From contig MU058418.1 of the NCBI GenBank assembly GCA_013265495.1, positions 682,001 to 746,000 of the forward strand: DNA of 64,000 nt, given 5' to 3'. Below are positions 25,540 through 38,959 of this stretch, one piece after another. Under the pieces are notes generated by a model. It made no database searches. It saw nothing but the letters and a program-made list of their open reading frames with translations, and had not been told where the DNA came from. Origin of the DNA: Vicugna vicugna. Taxonomy: Eukaryota. The first letter of the stretch is position 1. Each line of letters begins with the position of its first letter. The position numbers were made by a program, and so were the translations under genes.

Positions 25540-26973
25540 CTAAGAATTAGTCCAGACACAAAGCAAAACAAAAACAGAAGTGTTTGTTTGGTTTGCAAGG
25601 CAAACATGGATCCGGTTTGGTGATTTTGGCCATAACTACCCCTTACAGGAGGGGAAGACCAAATACAAGAAAGCCAGGCACCAGGACTTTTAAAGTCTGG
25701 CTCCTGGTATAATTTCAAGGAAAGTGAATTTCCACGGGACTACAGTGAGGTAGGGAAGATACGAGCTAGGTGGAGAGGACAATAGATTCCCAGCAACAAG
25801 CACAACTGACAGTGTACCAGCAATGAGACAACTTTATCTATCTGTGTCTCAGTTTCCCAGTTAGTTCAACTGTGAACTGAAGCAATAACAGTATTAAATA
25901 AACATAACCATTTTCTAACTCCTATCCCTTTGGTTGGGTAACAAATTGTTATGACCTTTTTTTCCCATGAAAGAAATTTAACAGCACAAATCCATTGTAT
26001 TAAAGTTGATTACATCCCTCAATCAAAATGTGGACAGAGATTTGCTTACAAAGATGCTAATTTTGACACAATTCAGAACTGCAAAACTAAATGGATACAG
26101 CCCAATAACAAGCAATAGGGGAACTGTGAATATACCTACAGAATAAAACAATCAACTAGTCAAAAGCCTCTAAAAATACTCTTTTTAATGATATGATGTT
26201 GAGTGAAAAAGCATCACACAAACTTCACATAAAAGTTATCTCATCTATGCAAAAATTAATGTGGTGAAAAAGTGGAAAGAAATGTGCTAAAATGCCACCA
26301 ATGGCAAAAATGGGAGGGCTATGGATAATTGTTCACCATGTATAAATCCTTTCCCCCAAGCACTATAATATTCTAAGCATTAAGAATACTGAGAATAAGC
26401 TTCTCAGGTAGAATTGGTTAAACCTTGCAGCAAGAGATAGTTGATCAACTCCAACCCAGAGAACACAGCTGTATCATGAGCTTAATGACCAGATTTCCTG
26501 GAATGTTCAGAAATGTGACAAGTGGGACAGAACTTTAGACTTTTATTCAGAGGTAATGTTAGGTGATAAAATTCACTTCTGGGCATTAGTGGTATCTAAC
26601 AGTGGAAATGAGAGGCTCTTACTAAAAAGGCTGCAGAAAGAGATGGGAGAGATGATGGAAGCAATCCCCATACCCTGGTCTGGATAGCGCTGCAGGGACC
26701 ACATTGCTTTGCACAGGAAGGAAAATATCAAATAGTAGAAATTCTTTAAAATATGACAGGGGAAATTTGGGGTATCATCTATAGAGATCACTTTGTTAAT
26801 TCTCTAAATGTTAAGGTACTTTATCGATCATCTTGATTGTTCTTGGAAATATATCTAGTAAATATTGCTTTAAAGCATAAATTTATTTACTGACTGCATT
26901 GTTAACTATTTCAGATAGCTGGATGAGCTGTTGAGGACACCAATCTTCCCTGTTTTTGTCAGTTTAAAAAAAT

Positions 26974-27156
26974 ACTATATCTCATTGATTCTAAGATGGA
27001 TATTTTTTCACACATTAACATCTTTGAATAAGGATATACCATAAAGAACTGTAAACATGTCAGAATTCCACAAAGAGCATTTTTTTCTTTCTTAGTGGTG
27101 CATGAAATAATGATATGTGATACAATTAAAGACATCCTGGTGTCAAGGATTCATGA
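26974..27156 (+). mobile_element. TcMar-Tc2 MITE (MER104-like)
   Basis: 'tatctcattgattctaagatg...cacacattaacatctttgaa...gcatttttttctttcttagtggtgcatgaaataatg', about 180 bp. Confidence 0.7.
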
Positions 27157-28689
27157 TCAATGCAGATAAACTCGTATGTAAACAAACAGGTAAATAAAGG
27201 ACATCATTCAATTTCTAGATTTAGTGTTTCAACTGCATAGTGCCAACAAATACCCAAATATCTGTTTTCAAAAGAGACGCTTTTAAAAACATTGAAAAAC
27301 CATAAATGTTTATTTAATAAGATTTTTGCAATGTGAAGCTTTATATGAGTCCCATTTTGAACTATCATGATCAAGTTTCTGCTTTTTCATTATTACTCTA
27401 CCTTTGGACTTTGGAAACAGGAATTTTTCCTAGTCTAGGACATGTTTTTCTTCCTTTCTACTTAATTCTAGTGAGGAGGTTAGCAATGTATTCACTGACA
27501 TCAAGATCAAAAGTCAACAACAGAAAACCCGCAATCAGAGAAGGCATTGAGTCTCTTTCCTCTCGTGGAAATGGGAGTCCTCTGGAAGGGTCACTTAGCT
27601 GCACCCCTTCCCTGGTGTATTGGGATACTCTGCTAAATGACATACTCCCTCACAAAGCCCTTCTTGTTGAATAGGTTTTGAAGAGTAAAGGAAGGGTAAT
27701 AAACTAGTTAGCACATTACCCTAAGAATTTGTATCACTCAAAATTACACTTAAATATCCTCAAGTTTCTCAATATGTCAGAAATAATTTCCTAGGAAAAT
27801 GTCATCTTTTAAACCGGATCTTTTGTTCTACTTCCCTCTCCCAAGTGGGAGGAAAAACCAGGACTTGTGCTATCTTCCACTTCCTTCTATAGAAGCACAT
27901 CCATCTCAGGAGTATGAAGGACTTTTCCAGGTAACTACACCCTATCAATGAACTTCCTGCTCATGGAGAAACAGTGGAGTATTTTTAGTGGAATACTAAG
28001 TACCACAGTGGTTGGGAAGATACTTGGAGATAGAAAGTCTTCTCACAGTCTCCTCAGTTCACCACACCTGAGCGATTACATTTTCATCCATCAATCAGGA
28101 AGATGCTATTCTTCAATTTCTTGTTACAAATGAATCCAACTTTAAGTAATGGGGACAGAAAGCTTTTAAAAATTAAATAGGTTATTTTAACCATTGGGGA
28201 GTCTCAAAATATCTTCTTGGAATAATTTTAAAGAGTTGGGGGAAAGCATTTACAAAATGGTTCTTTCAATAACAGATCCAGACACGTTAGAAAAGATGGT
28301 GGCAAAAGTGCAGGGTCTCCAAATTCTCCCCTTCCAAAACTAAGACATGAATTTTAAAAAAGTAAAAATAGCAATAATCAATACTGAAAATAAAGAAAGG
28401 TCCCAATCTTGAAATGCAGTGGAAACAAAATAGATGGTTTCTAGGGAAAACATAACCATGGATGATACATAATCACAATTTATCAAATGTTTAAAGAAAA
28501 GGTCAAAACTAATAGCAAGGGAAAATATTCAAAGATACATTAAGAGGCTGTCATCATCTATGAAAAGCCTCTCTGAGTCGCAGAAAAATTTCTTTAAGAA
28601 TAAACAACAACAATATCCTAAGGAAAATTAAATACTCAAGGGAAAAGGGAAAAAAATCTTCTATAAGCATTTAGTCAGAATAAATAGAT

Positions 28690-29645
28690 CGTTTACAAAG
28701 GTTGAAAATAAATAAAAATCTGAGGAAACTATTTGCTGTATATGGAACTAATGAAAAGTTAATACAAAAACTCCTTAAAATTATTAAAATAAATATGAAC
28801 ACTCCAATAGAAAAATGGGCAAAGGACACAGAATTCACAAAACAGGTGGGGAGGGTGGCAGGGACGGTTGCAAAAGGAAAGAAGAAAAGAAAAGGAAGGA
28901 AGGAAGGAAAGAAGAGAGGGAGGAAGGAAAGGAGAGAGGAAGGAAGGGAGGGAGAAGAGGAAGAAAGAGCGAGAAATAAATGATCAGTGATTTCAAAAAA
29001 AGATCCTAAACTGCATTGGTAACCTCTCAAAAAGTAAATTGAGATATCATTTCTCACTTATCAGATTGATAAACATGAATAACCCTGATAATCCTTCACG
29101 CTGGGGAGGAGGCAGAGGAAATTCCCATTTACTGGTGGTAGAGGTAGAAATTGGCTAACTTTTCTGGAGGACAGTTTGAAAATCACTCACAAACTTTATA
29201 GGTGCACACTTCCTAATCTAACTCCTAAAGATGTATCCTAAGAAGATAATCTGCGAAGAACATAAAGATATATGGCCAAGGATATTCTTCAAACATTGTT
29301 TATAATAGTAAAATACTGAAAGCAATCAAAATGCCTTCTAAAACAACTTTAGTTTAGTAAATTATTTCACATTCATAAAATGGAATATTTTGTCATTTGT
29401 GTGTATATACATTTATACATGCATATATAAAGATTGCAAAATAGCATTTATAGTGTGATCCTATTCATATCTTTTTTACACATACAGATATAGATAAATC
29501 TGCATGTGTGTAGGCATAGAAAGAGGTCTAGGAAAGGTAACTATCAAAAATGCCAATGGTAGTCATCTCTGGGCAGAAAAATACTGAAAGATGTTTTTGC
29601 TTTCTTCTTTGTACTTTTTGCATTGTTTGAATTTTTTTTAAAACA
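28690..29645 (+). mobile_element. Old L1ME-like 3' fragment containing a GA-rich tract at about 28872-28980
   Basis: 'ccaatagaaaaatgggcaaaggaca', 'gagatatcatttctcacttatcagattg', 'cattgtttataatagtaaaatactgaaa'. Confidence 0.7.
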
Positions 29646-30649
29646 TAGGTAAAAAAACAGTATAAAGGGAAAAGCAAATCATGAGTGAATAATTCTCATT
29701 CTCTGGAAGTTTCTACTGGAAATTTGTGCTTCTTTAGATGGCCTTTTGTTTTCTTGTTTTCTAATGGTTTTAGCTTCTAAGCCACAGAACTTCACTGCTT
29801 TAACATCTTAAATAAATTTTTAACAAAAAGGCAAAAAGACTTTGTCACCAAAAATAACAGAGAAGGTTGTTTTAGAGCCAGGAAGAATGCCCATAAACAG
29901 ATGGTGGACAAGGGTGTTTCTCTGGGACCTGAGAGAACCAGCTTACCACCCTCACCCTCCTTGATACCACCTCGCTCAGGCCCTTCCACCAAGGGACCTG
30001 TTGGCACCTAGGTTATTGCCCTTCTCACAAAGATTTCCACCCATCTCCAAAAACCTTCAAAGACCTCAAATGCTGTCTAAAGACATCCTCACCATGGACA
30101 CAGAATATGATACAACCAACTATATAAATCATTTGAAAACTGTCAAAATCCTGAGGTATATATGATCCCTCTGAGTTTCTCTGCCTTCAGTTGTGAACTT
30201 CATTGAATACAGACTGTCTCAGTTCATCCAGATTTGGAAGCTGTGTTGGAGCAGAGCTTTGGTAAACATTAAAAGAGTCTGTCCCTAGAACAACTTAACA
30301 TTCAAGTCTCTAAATCTCCAAGGTATAACCTTTAAGCAGTTGTCATATCCTGACAACATATTAAACCAAGTGATTAGCCACTGTTTACTAAGTCTCCCTC
30401 TTCTTAACAGAACAAGGCTTGGCTAGAAATATTACAGCTGAAACCAAAAGAAACTAAGATCTGGTCTATGAATTTGGGGATGACAGTTTACCTTTTAGTC
30501 TTGCAAATCTAATACATATAAATCAAGATCCTGGCTAATGGTGCTTCATCAAGGTAAAGAACAAGGAATTATCAAATTCAAAGCAAACACCAATCCCATG
30601 GGGCTATTGAGTCACCTAATTCAATCCTCAGGCATGTGTTCATGTATCT

Positions 30650-30965
30650 ACTCATTCATTCACTCTTTCATGTATTAATTCATCCAATAAGCATCTGCTG
30701 AATATGCAGTGAATGCCAGGTATTGTGCATAGGCACTTGGGTTACAGAAGAGGAGAATAAACAAGACACATCTCCTAAGATATTCACTATGGAGGAGCAG
30801 ACATATAAGGAGGCAATAATAATAAATGAGATAGATGGTGTAACAAAGGCTTCCTATGAAATGCTATGAGAACACCAAGAAGGAAAGAAATCAGTTCTTT
30901 AACAGGGTTAGAAATAGTGGAGGCAGGAGAAGCACAAAAACGTGACATCAGAGCTAGGATTTACC
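30650..30965 (-). mobile_element. L2 fragment
   Basis: 'ctcattcattcactc...attcatccaataagcatctgctgaat...gccaggtattgtgc'. Confidence 0.6.
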
Positions 30966-33900
30966 CAAGTGGAGCAAGCTAAATGCCCAGAGCTGGCAAT
31001 AGAGCAGGTTCGTGCAGGGATGTTTGGCGGTACATGGAGAAGTGTTGGGCCAGCCAGACTAGAAGCAGGACCGTTGACTTTCTGTTGTTTCTAAAAGTAC
31101 TGAGAGGAGGCAGTTACAAGGATCTCTAGCCATCTAATGGACTCGAGATCTTTTCCTTCTATTAACTGCATGGGATGGGTTCCTGACCTTGGTGTAACGC
31201 TCTTTCTCACTGTTATTTTAAAAGTACAACTGGAATCCTACTTTCTCTTGTTCTGGGGTACCGTGTTGAATTCACCATAAACCAGTCTCTAGTGTCATTC
31301 TCTTGCCAGCAGCCTTGTACACACCCTAAAACCCATGGCTCCTCAGGCTGCTTAAGTCTGTATGTGAGGTGGTTTCCAGCAATAAGGATGTGCCTTGGCA
31401 TCTATCTAATTCAACCACTCTCCAAGGTGGTCCAAGCCCTCCTTCTTCAGAGATCTTTCTTTCTCCATGTGCTTCTCTCTCCCTTCTCTCGACTCCTTCC
31501 CCACCTGCACCACCAGTTGCTGTGGGCACTGATTAGATGATTATTCATATGGTTTTCTCATTGTTTCAGGCACATGAATGATTTCTGTACATTCCTGGAG
31601 GCCAGGGGCCATGTTTCTTTCATCTGTCATTCTGCTCTTCAGAGCACCTGGTGCAATGTTGCCCCTACAGAGTGCACCTGGCACTTGTGGCAAGACCATT
31701 TGCCATGGAGTCTGCCATCTCTCTTAGGCTAAGGGCCCACAGCTATGCTCTCATATGTTTTAATTTTGGATAGAAATAGATCAACTTAATAGAACACTTT
31801 GATGGTCAATGAAAAGAGAAGAAGGACATGAGAAGAGGGACAGCAACATAATCAGTTGAATGGAGAAAAGTAATTCCCTTAATATACATTTTTCTCCAAT
31901 TCTGTCACAAAAATTGGGCCAACAGAAGCCAAAACCAACACTCACGTGGACTCACTCCTAGCATTCACTTTTTTCTCTCTGATACTATTTTCCACTTGAA
32001 ATGAAACCAAAACTCCTCAGCTGATTCTGTATCTTGGGGACAGAGAAAGGTCAAAATCAGCGTGGAACATTTTATTATTACCAGACAAGGATGACTTTAA
32101 GAGTATCAGGGGTGGTGTTAAGAGGACAAAGAAACAAGCTGTAGCAATTTATGAATCAACAATTGTAATAATAACAACAATGGTAAGATAGTGAATTGAA
32201 ATAATTGTCTGTGAAAGGTTATTCATGATACTCAGGAGACTAAGCTAAGGTGCACCAAACTCTAGATGTAATTGTTTTAATACAATAGAAGGGAGAATAG
32301 AATAAAGTATAATTTATTTTTGTTGATTTTAATAAGTATGAGAGGGCTTATCTACAGGTATTTTGTTCCATTAGTTGCATACTGATATGCCCTTGTCTTT
32401 CCATGTTTACGTACACAGGAGTGAGCACTAAGGTATTATAAATAAGCCAATTTCTTCCGGAAAAATAGGAATTGACCTAGGAATGAAAGGACTGGTCAGC
32501 CCCAGTTGTCCCACAAAATAACCAGGTAGAAAGTGGGTTCAACAGAATGTTTAAAGGTGATGAATAATTTAAATGTCTTTAGGGGAGTTTTAATGTGTAG
32601 ACTTATACCCTCAACCCCTGGAGATGAAGCTTCTAGACATGCCTAGTAAGTATATGGAGACTCCGAGACACACATGTCTCCTTCTCCACAGCCAGAACTC
32701 CCCACTTTGCTACTGGGTAGATGCAGGGGCTTCCTGCCTCTGGTAACAGGCTGTCGTCAGCTGTGAGGGAAAATTCTAAAGCCTGTCACATCCATTCCAC
32801 CCTTGGCTGAACTTACAAAAGCCTCTCCCTCCCTAAAACTAGAACCTTCCCTGCATCCAGTAAGGGTGCAGCAGCCAGGGTGATAGAGAGCCAAAATTCA
32901 TATACTTAAGGGGAAGGAGGAAAGATGCATGAAACAACAGCAGAGAATATGTACCTCTAAGCGGGAGAGCACCCAGTTCTGGCTCTGCTCCTAAGCAGAA
33001 GAGAAATAGAGACTGGTCACTTAACCTCTCTGGGCTTCTGCCCCCCTCACCTGTGCAGGTTTAGATCTCTAAGCTTTCTGGGGAGCAAAGTGGACAGATT
33101 CAGGCAGCTGGGAGACAATAAGCCTTTGTTCAATCCAGACAGTTTCTTCCAAGAAACATCAGAAAGAAGAGCACCAAGCCCCTGTGTCCCTTGCCCCACA
33201 GGACAACACACAAGCAAGGGACAGGATGGCTGCACCCGGCTGCTCAGGAGCCACCGAGCAGCAAGATGTAGTTTCAGAGGCAGCAGCTGAACCCGAATGC
33301 AGAGCCAGGCCTCAAAGCTGCTCAGCACCCAGGAGGCAGTGAGAGGCTGTCCCACAGCAGCCTCTGGGCAGAGAGGGAGGCAGCAGCTCCTTGCAGGCCT
33401 CTCACGTGCTTCTGGTCTGAGAGGATCGCAGGGCTTCTGCCAAGACTAACATCAGCTTGGCCAAGCCTTGCCTGGTGGTCTCTGTGGAGATATGCCAAGT
33501 TCCTGGGGTGCCCTGACCGAGCCAGCCTACACACTCCTCTCCTGCCTTCAAGAAGCTAATCACTGAGGAGGAGAGAAGAGATATTTGTAGTGAAGTGGCA
33601 GGACGACAACTTGAATCCTAAGAATGAGGACCAAAGGGCCCATGACGCGCAGAGAGAAGAGGTCTGTGGGGCCAAGATACTGGGGGCCACGTAACAGCTA
33701 AGGGGAAGTCAGCATTTGGGGCCTGCCAGTCCCGCTCCCCACCCACCTCAGGTCCTTGCAGCTAGCACTCCCTGAGGGATCCTGGGCACCTTCCCCTTTG
33801 CTACTGACCTGAGAGGATTTCCAAGCTGGAGGGGTCCCCTGAGGCAGCCCCTAGAGTTGCCCCATTACCTACTCCTAGCTCATTCCCTGTGGCTTTCATG

Positions 33901-34229
33901 GGCTTGAACATAATGGTGAAACTGACCTGCTCCCGGTCTGATGGAAAGGTAGGAGAACTCAAGGTGAGTGAGGGAATCACAGCAGGTCTCCTCAAAAGCC
34001 TCGAGGGAGGTGCCCTCACTTACAGTTTTCTCTAAGGCCAGAGTCAGAGGAGTGATGTTACTGGACCCCTGCTCAGCTTTTCAAGAGAGGAATCTATCAT
34101 TTCTGCAAAAGCTATCAGCTTCTGCCTGAAATGTGAGGCCTTTTCCCTGGGCTGGATGAAAAGGAGTCACCTTCAAAGACTTGTGTTCCTCAAAAAGGTG
34201 GCTTTCCAGAGGCTCCTTCCCAACAACCC

Positions 34230-34790
34230 TGCCTGGATAGAATGTTTCTGTTCTACATCTTCCTCTGTGGCTGTGACTGAACAACTTCCACCATAGCACC
34301 TCCAACATGTCATTCCATTTGTTTGTATGCTTGTCTGTCTCTCCCAGTACATTTGAGCTCTTTGAAAGAGGCACTATGTCTTGATAGACAAGTATCCCAC
34401 CTAATTTAGCATCTGGCCCAACCTAGGGACTTAACAAATATTTACTGAATAAATGATGGATGAATGATCTCAACCTAGCCCCTCTTCCAGGACTCCCTCC
34501 CCTCCCCAGCACTGAAGCAGCAGGATCGGCTCAAGACACTTTCTACCACCAGGCTCAGAACTCCACCCTATGACAGCCACTTTCCTACAAGGCCACCCCA
34601 GCAAGACACAGTGCACCACATGCTGCCAGGGCCTTCACCTCCTTCATCTGTATTAATTTTCATGACTCTGTGAGCTAAGTATTACTGTCCATGGATTCAC
34701 AGGTGAGGAGCTGAGGCGCAGAAATATTGCATGAGACCACCCATTAGTGGGCAGAACTCAGATTCCATCCCAGGGCTCTTAGCACAAATC
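34230..34790. mobile_element. L2 3' fragment (+, about 34230-34465) followed by a MIR (-, about 34640-34790)
   Basis: 'acttaacaaatatttactgaataaatgatggatgaatg' and 'cacaggtgaggagctgaggcgcaga'. Confidence 0.6.
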
Positions 34791-37700
34791 CCTACAGCTG
34801 CCTCCTGGAGTCAGCTCCGGGTAGCATGCTGGAAGCTGGCAACAGAGGGATAGGAGGGAACCCTGACCCTTCAAGGCACATCTCCACGTCTCTGTAGGAA
34901 GTAAAGAGGTGGCACTAACCCTAGGGGAAACTTAGGGGGTATAAGGCAATCCAGTCAACTCACTGAGCATGTGAAGACTGGATGGATACAGGAGCACCCT
35001 TGTCAGGCCAGTGCCTGTGACATACTGACTGATCCAAATCACTTGGTCTCTGAACTCAGTCTACAGTGTAAGGAAAGGCACTTTTTAGGGTAGCTACAAG
35101 TATTTCTCTTTTTTTTTGCAAACCACGATTTCCTGTTTTGTTCTCTATTTATACTTTACATTTAAGTTTTGAGAAAGCACTGGTGGTTTGGTGTTTTGGT
35201 TGTTTCTAGCTCAATCTTTATCAACAAAGCAAACTTTCTTTTCAAAATGATTTTTTGAAATGTAAGCCAGCCATAGAGCTAGATTCCTTTAAAACGCTTC
35301 GTTAGGAAAAGTTCTTAGAGCTTTAACAATGAAACAATTAGATTCAAATAAGATGAATCATAACTTTCTGAATCAATGCCTAACAGAGTAGGAATCCATT
35401 CAGCAGTCCTGGGGATCGTGAATTTTTCAAGGATTTCACACAAGGCTGTTTTAGACAACACCCTTTTCAACACAAATGTTCTCACACAATTTTCAGGCAC
35501 ATAGTTGTTCAGACTGAAATATAAAAATGTGCAATTGTGATATCTGAATTATGATACTCTTTGCAAAACACTGAAGTACCCAAGACACTCTGTTAATGGT
35601 ATGTAATGAGATTTATCAACTCAATGTTTGCCCTCGAAGAACTCACTGTCTAAGAAAGATATACACCTTGGCCCCACATAGGTAAGATACAGTAATCAGC
35701 AGAAAACAAACATGAGAACAACCTAGGAATCAGTGCCCTTACCTCTCATGCAAGTTAAGGAGAGATGAGATTTAGAGGTGAAAAGTGAAAACAGCAAGTG
35801 CCTGGTTATCTTGAAACTGATTTTGGTTCTTTGTGTTTGGTAGCGGAAAGCTTTGCTTCCCCAATAGACAAGAATCATATTTCTGTGATCGAGGGACCAG
35901 TAGGAGGAGCCGTAGTCAGGGGCCATCGAGCAAGGATCAGTAGAGACGGCTTGGAGTGGGAAAGTAAGGACAAGAGCAATGTAACTCTCAGGTATCAGTG
36001 TCCTGACCTGTCAAATGGAGACACCAGTACTTGCCAGGGTCACATCACCAGACTGCCTTGAGAATCCATGAGAAAAGCCCATCCTAATCTGTTAAGCTGT
36101 TTGTGATATAAATTGCTGCTGTTCCCAGACAAATAATTCTTTTCTTTTGTTTCTCTGCAAAGAACAGAATTGATGGGAACTCTATTTCCTGACTAACTTG
36201 TCTTCAGAGCCCCCAAAGACCACACATAACAAAATCATTTTTTATTATTTACCATGCTAAAGAAATACCCCCAGATACATCCAGAGAATGTCATGCTCCT
36301 CATCTTCTCCTGGAGAGCATCACATTAGTCTTGTCTCTGGGCTAGGTTATACCTGCCTTATGGGGGTGAAGCTGCTACTGACACCCTGGCATCGCGGGGA
36401 CTCAGAGCTCAACATAAAGCTGTAAGCCTGGAGGAAGGTGGGGTCCCTGGTGCCTGGCACTGTCACCAACCATCATCTGTACATGCACACTGCACACTGG
36501 TTCACTCTCCCCCTTATTTCACAAAGAAGAATCCCAGGGTCTTAAAGCAGAACGCAAACCATTACCAGGTCTGGGACTAGAATGAATGAAGGAAAGGGGG
36601 CTGGAACGAGGAGTACAGGGAAATTTCCCTGGTGGTTGTTTGTTTTTGATTTTGTTTTCCTAACTTAGAGGAAGGAAAACAAAGGGCAGTCCTAATTTGA
36701 TTCTGATCACTCAGTTGTCCTGTTAGGTGTAGTTGCAGCATCATCCCACCAGGAACACGGTAGACTGGTCACTACTTCTCAAACCAGTGTCTGCAGTGGC
36801 CACCCGAACACAGCCTGGTGGCCCCACAGTTAACAGTACTACAAGATCAGGGCCAAAAAAGCAACTTATTGCCCTCAAAAGGGAAGTGCTGGTCAGAAAT
36901 GGATTCTTCTCACCCTTATTTATCTCTTCAGTGATTCAATGAATAGTTTTCTGGGCACCTATTGTGTGCCAGACCCTGTGCAGAGCCCACTGGAGAAATG
37001 AAGATGAACCCAGAATGACTCCTTTCCCAGAGACTCTCAGGAGGACAGAAGGAAGAAGAGCAACTACAGGTCATCACGTCTCCTCAAGTCCCAGCCCATC
37101 CCCACCACAGACATGCACACACACAAACATACACACACAAGCCTCCTTCCAAGGGTGTCCCATTGGCATGTTGTGGTGTGCAGAGCACAGCCCATTTCTC
37201 AGTCTTGGTCTCCTAGGATGGTTTTGAGCCTGGTGACAGTCGCAGGTCACTGAAGAAGGAGAAGCAGTCACAGCACACACTCAGTCCAGATAAGGAGTGG
37301 TGGCCAATAACCACCCACACAAAGCCTCAGTAGACCAGGCTGGCAGCCCACAGCAGAACAGCCAGGTTTATGTTCAGGTCTTCCCCTGCTCCCTCTTCCC
37401 TCAGTACATGCCACCCTGGAGCACGGGTTTCCCAGTCCCTCCAGCTCTTGTTAGCTGCTTCCCTCACACCTCTGCCCCCGATGCTGCAGGCACTGTCCCT
37501 GGTAGACACTGTTACACAGAGGGCTCAGCTCACAGGACCAAAAAGGCAACAGTAGATCAATAAATAAATGAACTAAAGAAGCATATATACATATGCATAC
37601 ATTATTTTGTTAAATTCTCACCAATTCCCACCAATCTTGGTATTGTTATATATCTGCATTACACAAAGAGTCTGTCAAATCTACACAGATGATAGCCTGG

Positions 37701-37854
37701 AGAGACTCTGTGTCTTGTGCCAGACACAGCCTCTCTCTGCCAGTACCTGGCTAGCAAGATGTTAGCTGCTGAGACCCAAGGCGGTTGTCCCCCAGGGCTT
37801 TTGTTTCTGGTTGGAGCTGGGGTAGGAGATGTTACATTTAAAAATATCTGAGCA

Positions 37855-38041
37855 CACAGGGAACTATATTCAATATCTGTAACTTATGGTGAAAAAGAAT
37901 ATGAAAATGAATATATGTATGTTCATGTATGACGCATTAGGCTGTATAACAGAAATTGACACAACATTGTACATTGTAAACTGACTATTCTTCAATTAAA
38001 TATATATATATATATGCCAAAAAAAGAAACACAAAAGAAAA
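37855..38041 (+). mobile_element. Very short young L1 3' stub with (TA)n/A-rich tail and TSD
   Basis: 'cacagggaactatattcaatatct...gaaaaagaatatgaaaatgaatatatgtatg...cagaaattgacacaacattgta'. 15-bp TSD aaaaat(a/g)tctgagca at 37840-37854 and 38042-38056. Confidence 0.9.
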
Positions 38042-38959
38042 AAAAATGTCTGAGCAAAATCTCAGAATCTGGAAGCCTTGCACACAACCTGAGAGAAGTC
38101 AACAATGTTATTGCCACTGTATCTGGGCTGGTTAAAGCTTATGTGACCTCCTGGGGCCCTGCATGGAGTCAATCCTCAGCAAATATGATTTGATTGACTC
38201 ATAAAAAGAAAGAGAGGGAAGCGAGCATACAATGACACAATTGCAGCCTTCTACTGCTTGGTTGTGAAAGAAAAGGTCAAAAAAGGAAAAAATAATGACT
38301 CTTTCATCCTGGACCCTCTCCAGTGGGTTAGCAGTCAGCAAATAGGGGCTTCCTAGATAATTTTCCAGATCTCCCCTTCTCAGGGGTCTCCTGAGGCCAT
38401 GCAACATCAGTTAAATCAATTCTTAATTAGCTTTCAAAGTTTACCTTTTGAAAATCCATACCTCTATGAATATTTATTGAACACTTAATACTTCCTCAGT
38501 GCAAGGCACATGTGCCAGGCCCTGGAGAAACAAAGGGCCATCAGGACAAGCATACAAATAAAAAAGTGCCTGCAGCAGCAGGCGTGCCTGGTCTAGGACA
38601 AAGCTTGCACACTTAACTGCAGGAGGCAAGCAGAAAAGTCTCAGCAGAGGTCAAAGCACAGAAGGAGCTGAGAGCGACAAAAAGCACTTAAGAATACAGG
38701 GATGTGCTATTGCGTTGATTTCTATTTTTCAGAGCAAGAAGAACAAGGATGGAATTAGCCTATTGCTTAAAGCAGGCGAGAGAGTTCGCAAGTTGACAGT
38801 GAGATGCCAGAATGGCTCAGAGACTATTTGTTTCTGCTTAGTATGGAAAGGGGAAGGATCTCAAAGTGGAGGGGGCAGAAAACAGGATGAGAGGGGACCG
38901 CTGCCCAATGTAGGGGGCAGAAGTGTTGATAACTGTTTACCACTTCAGTGAGCTCAAAT

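Noticed and set aside
28671..29057. 128-aa hydrophobic and 93-aa K/R/E-rich ORFs
   Set aside because: Translation of the GA-rich simple repeat within an L1 remnant.
36556..36620. Possible relic MBT exon ending ...CCTG|GTAATG (phase 1) on the minus strand
   Set aside because: The upstream translation shows no MBT-like residues. Chance donor.
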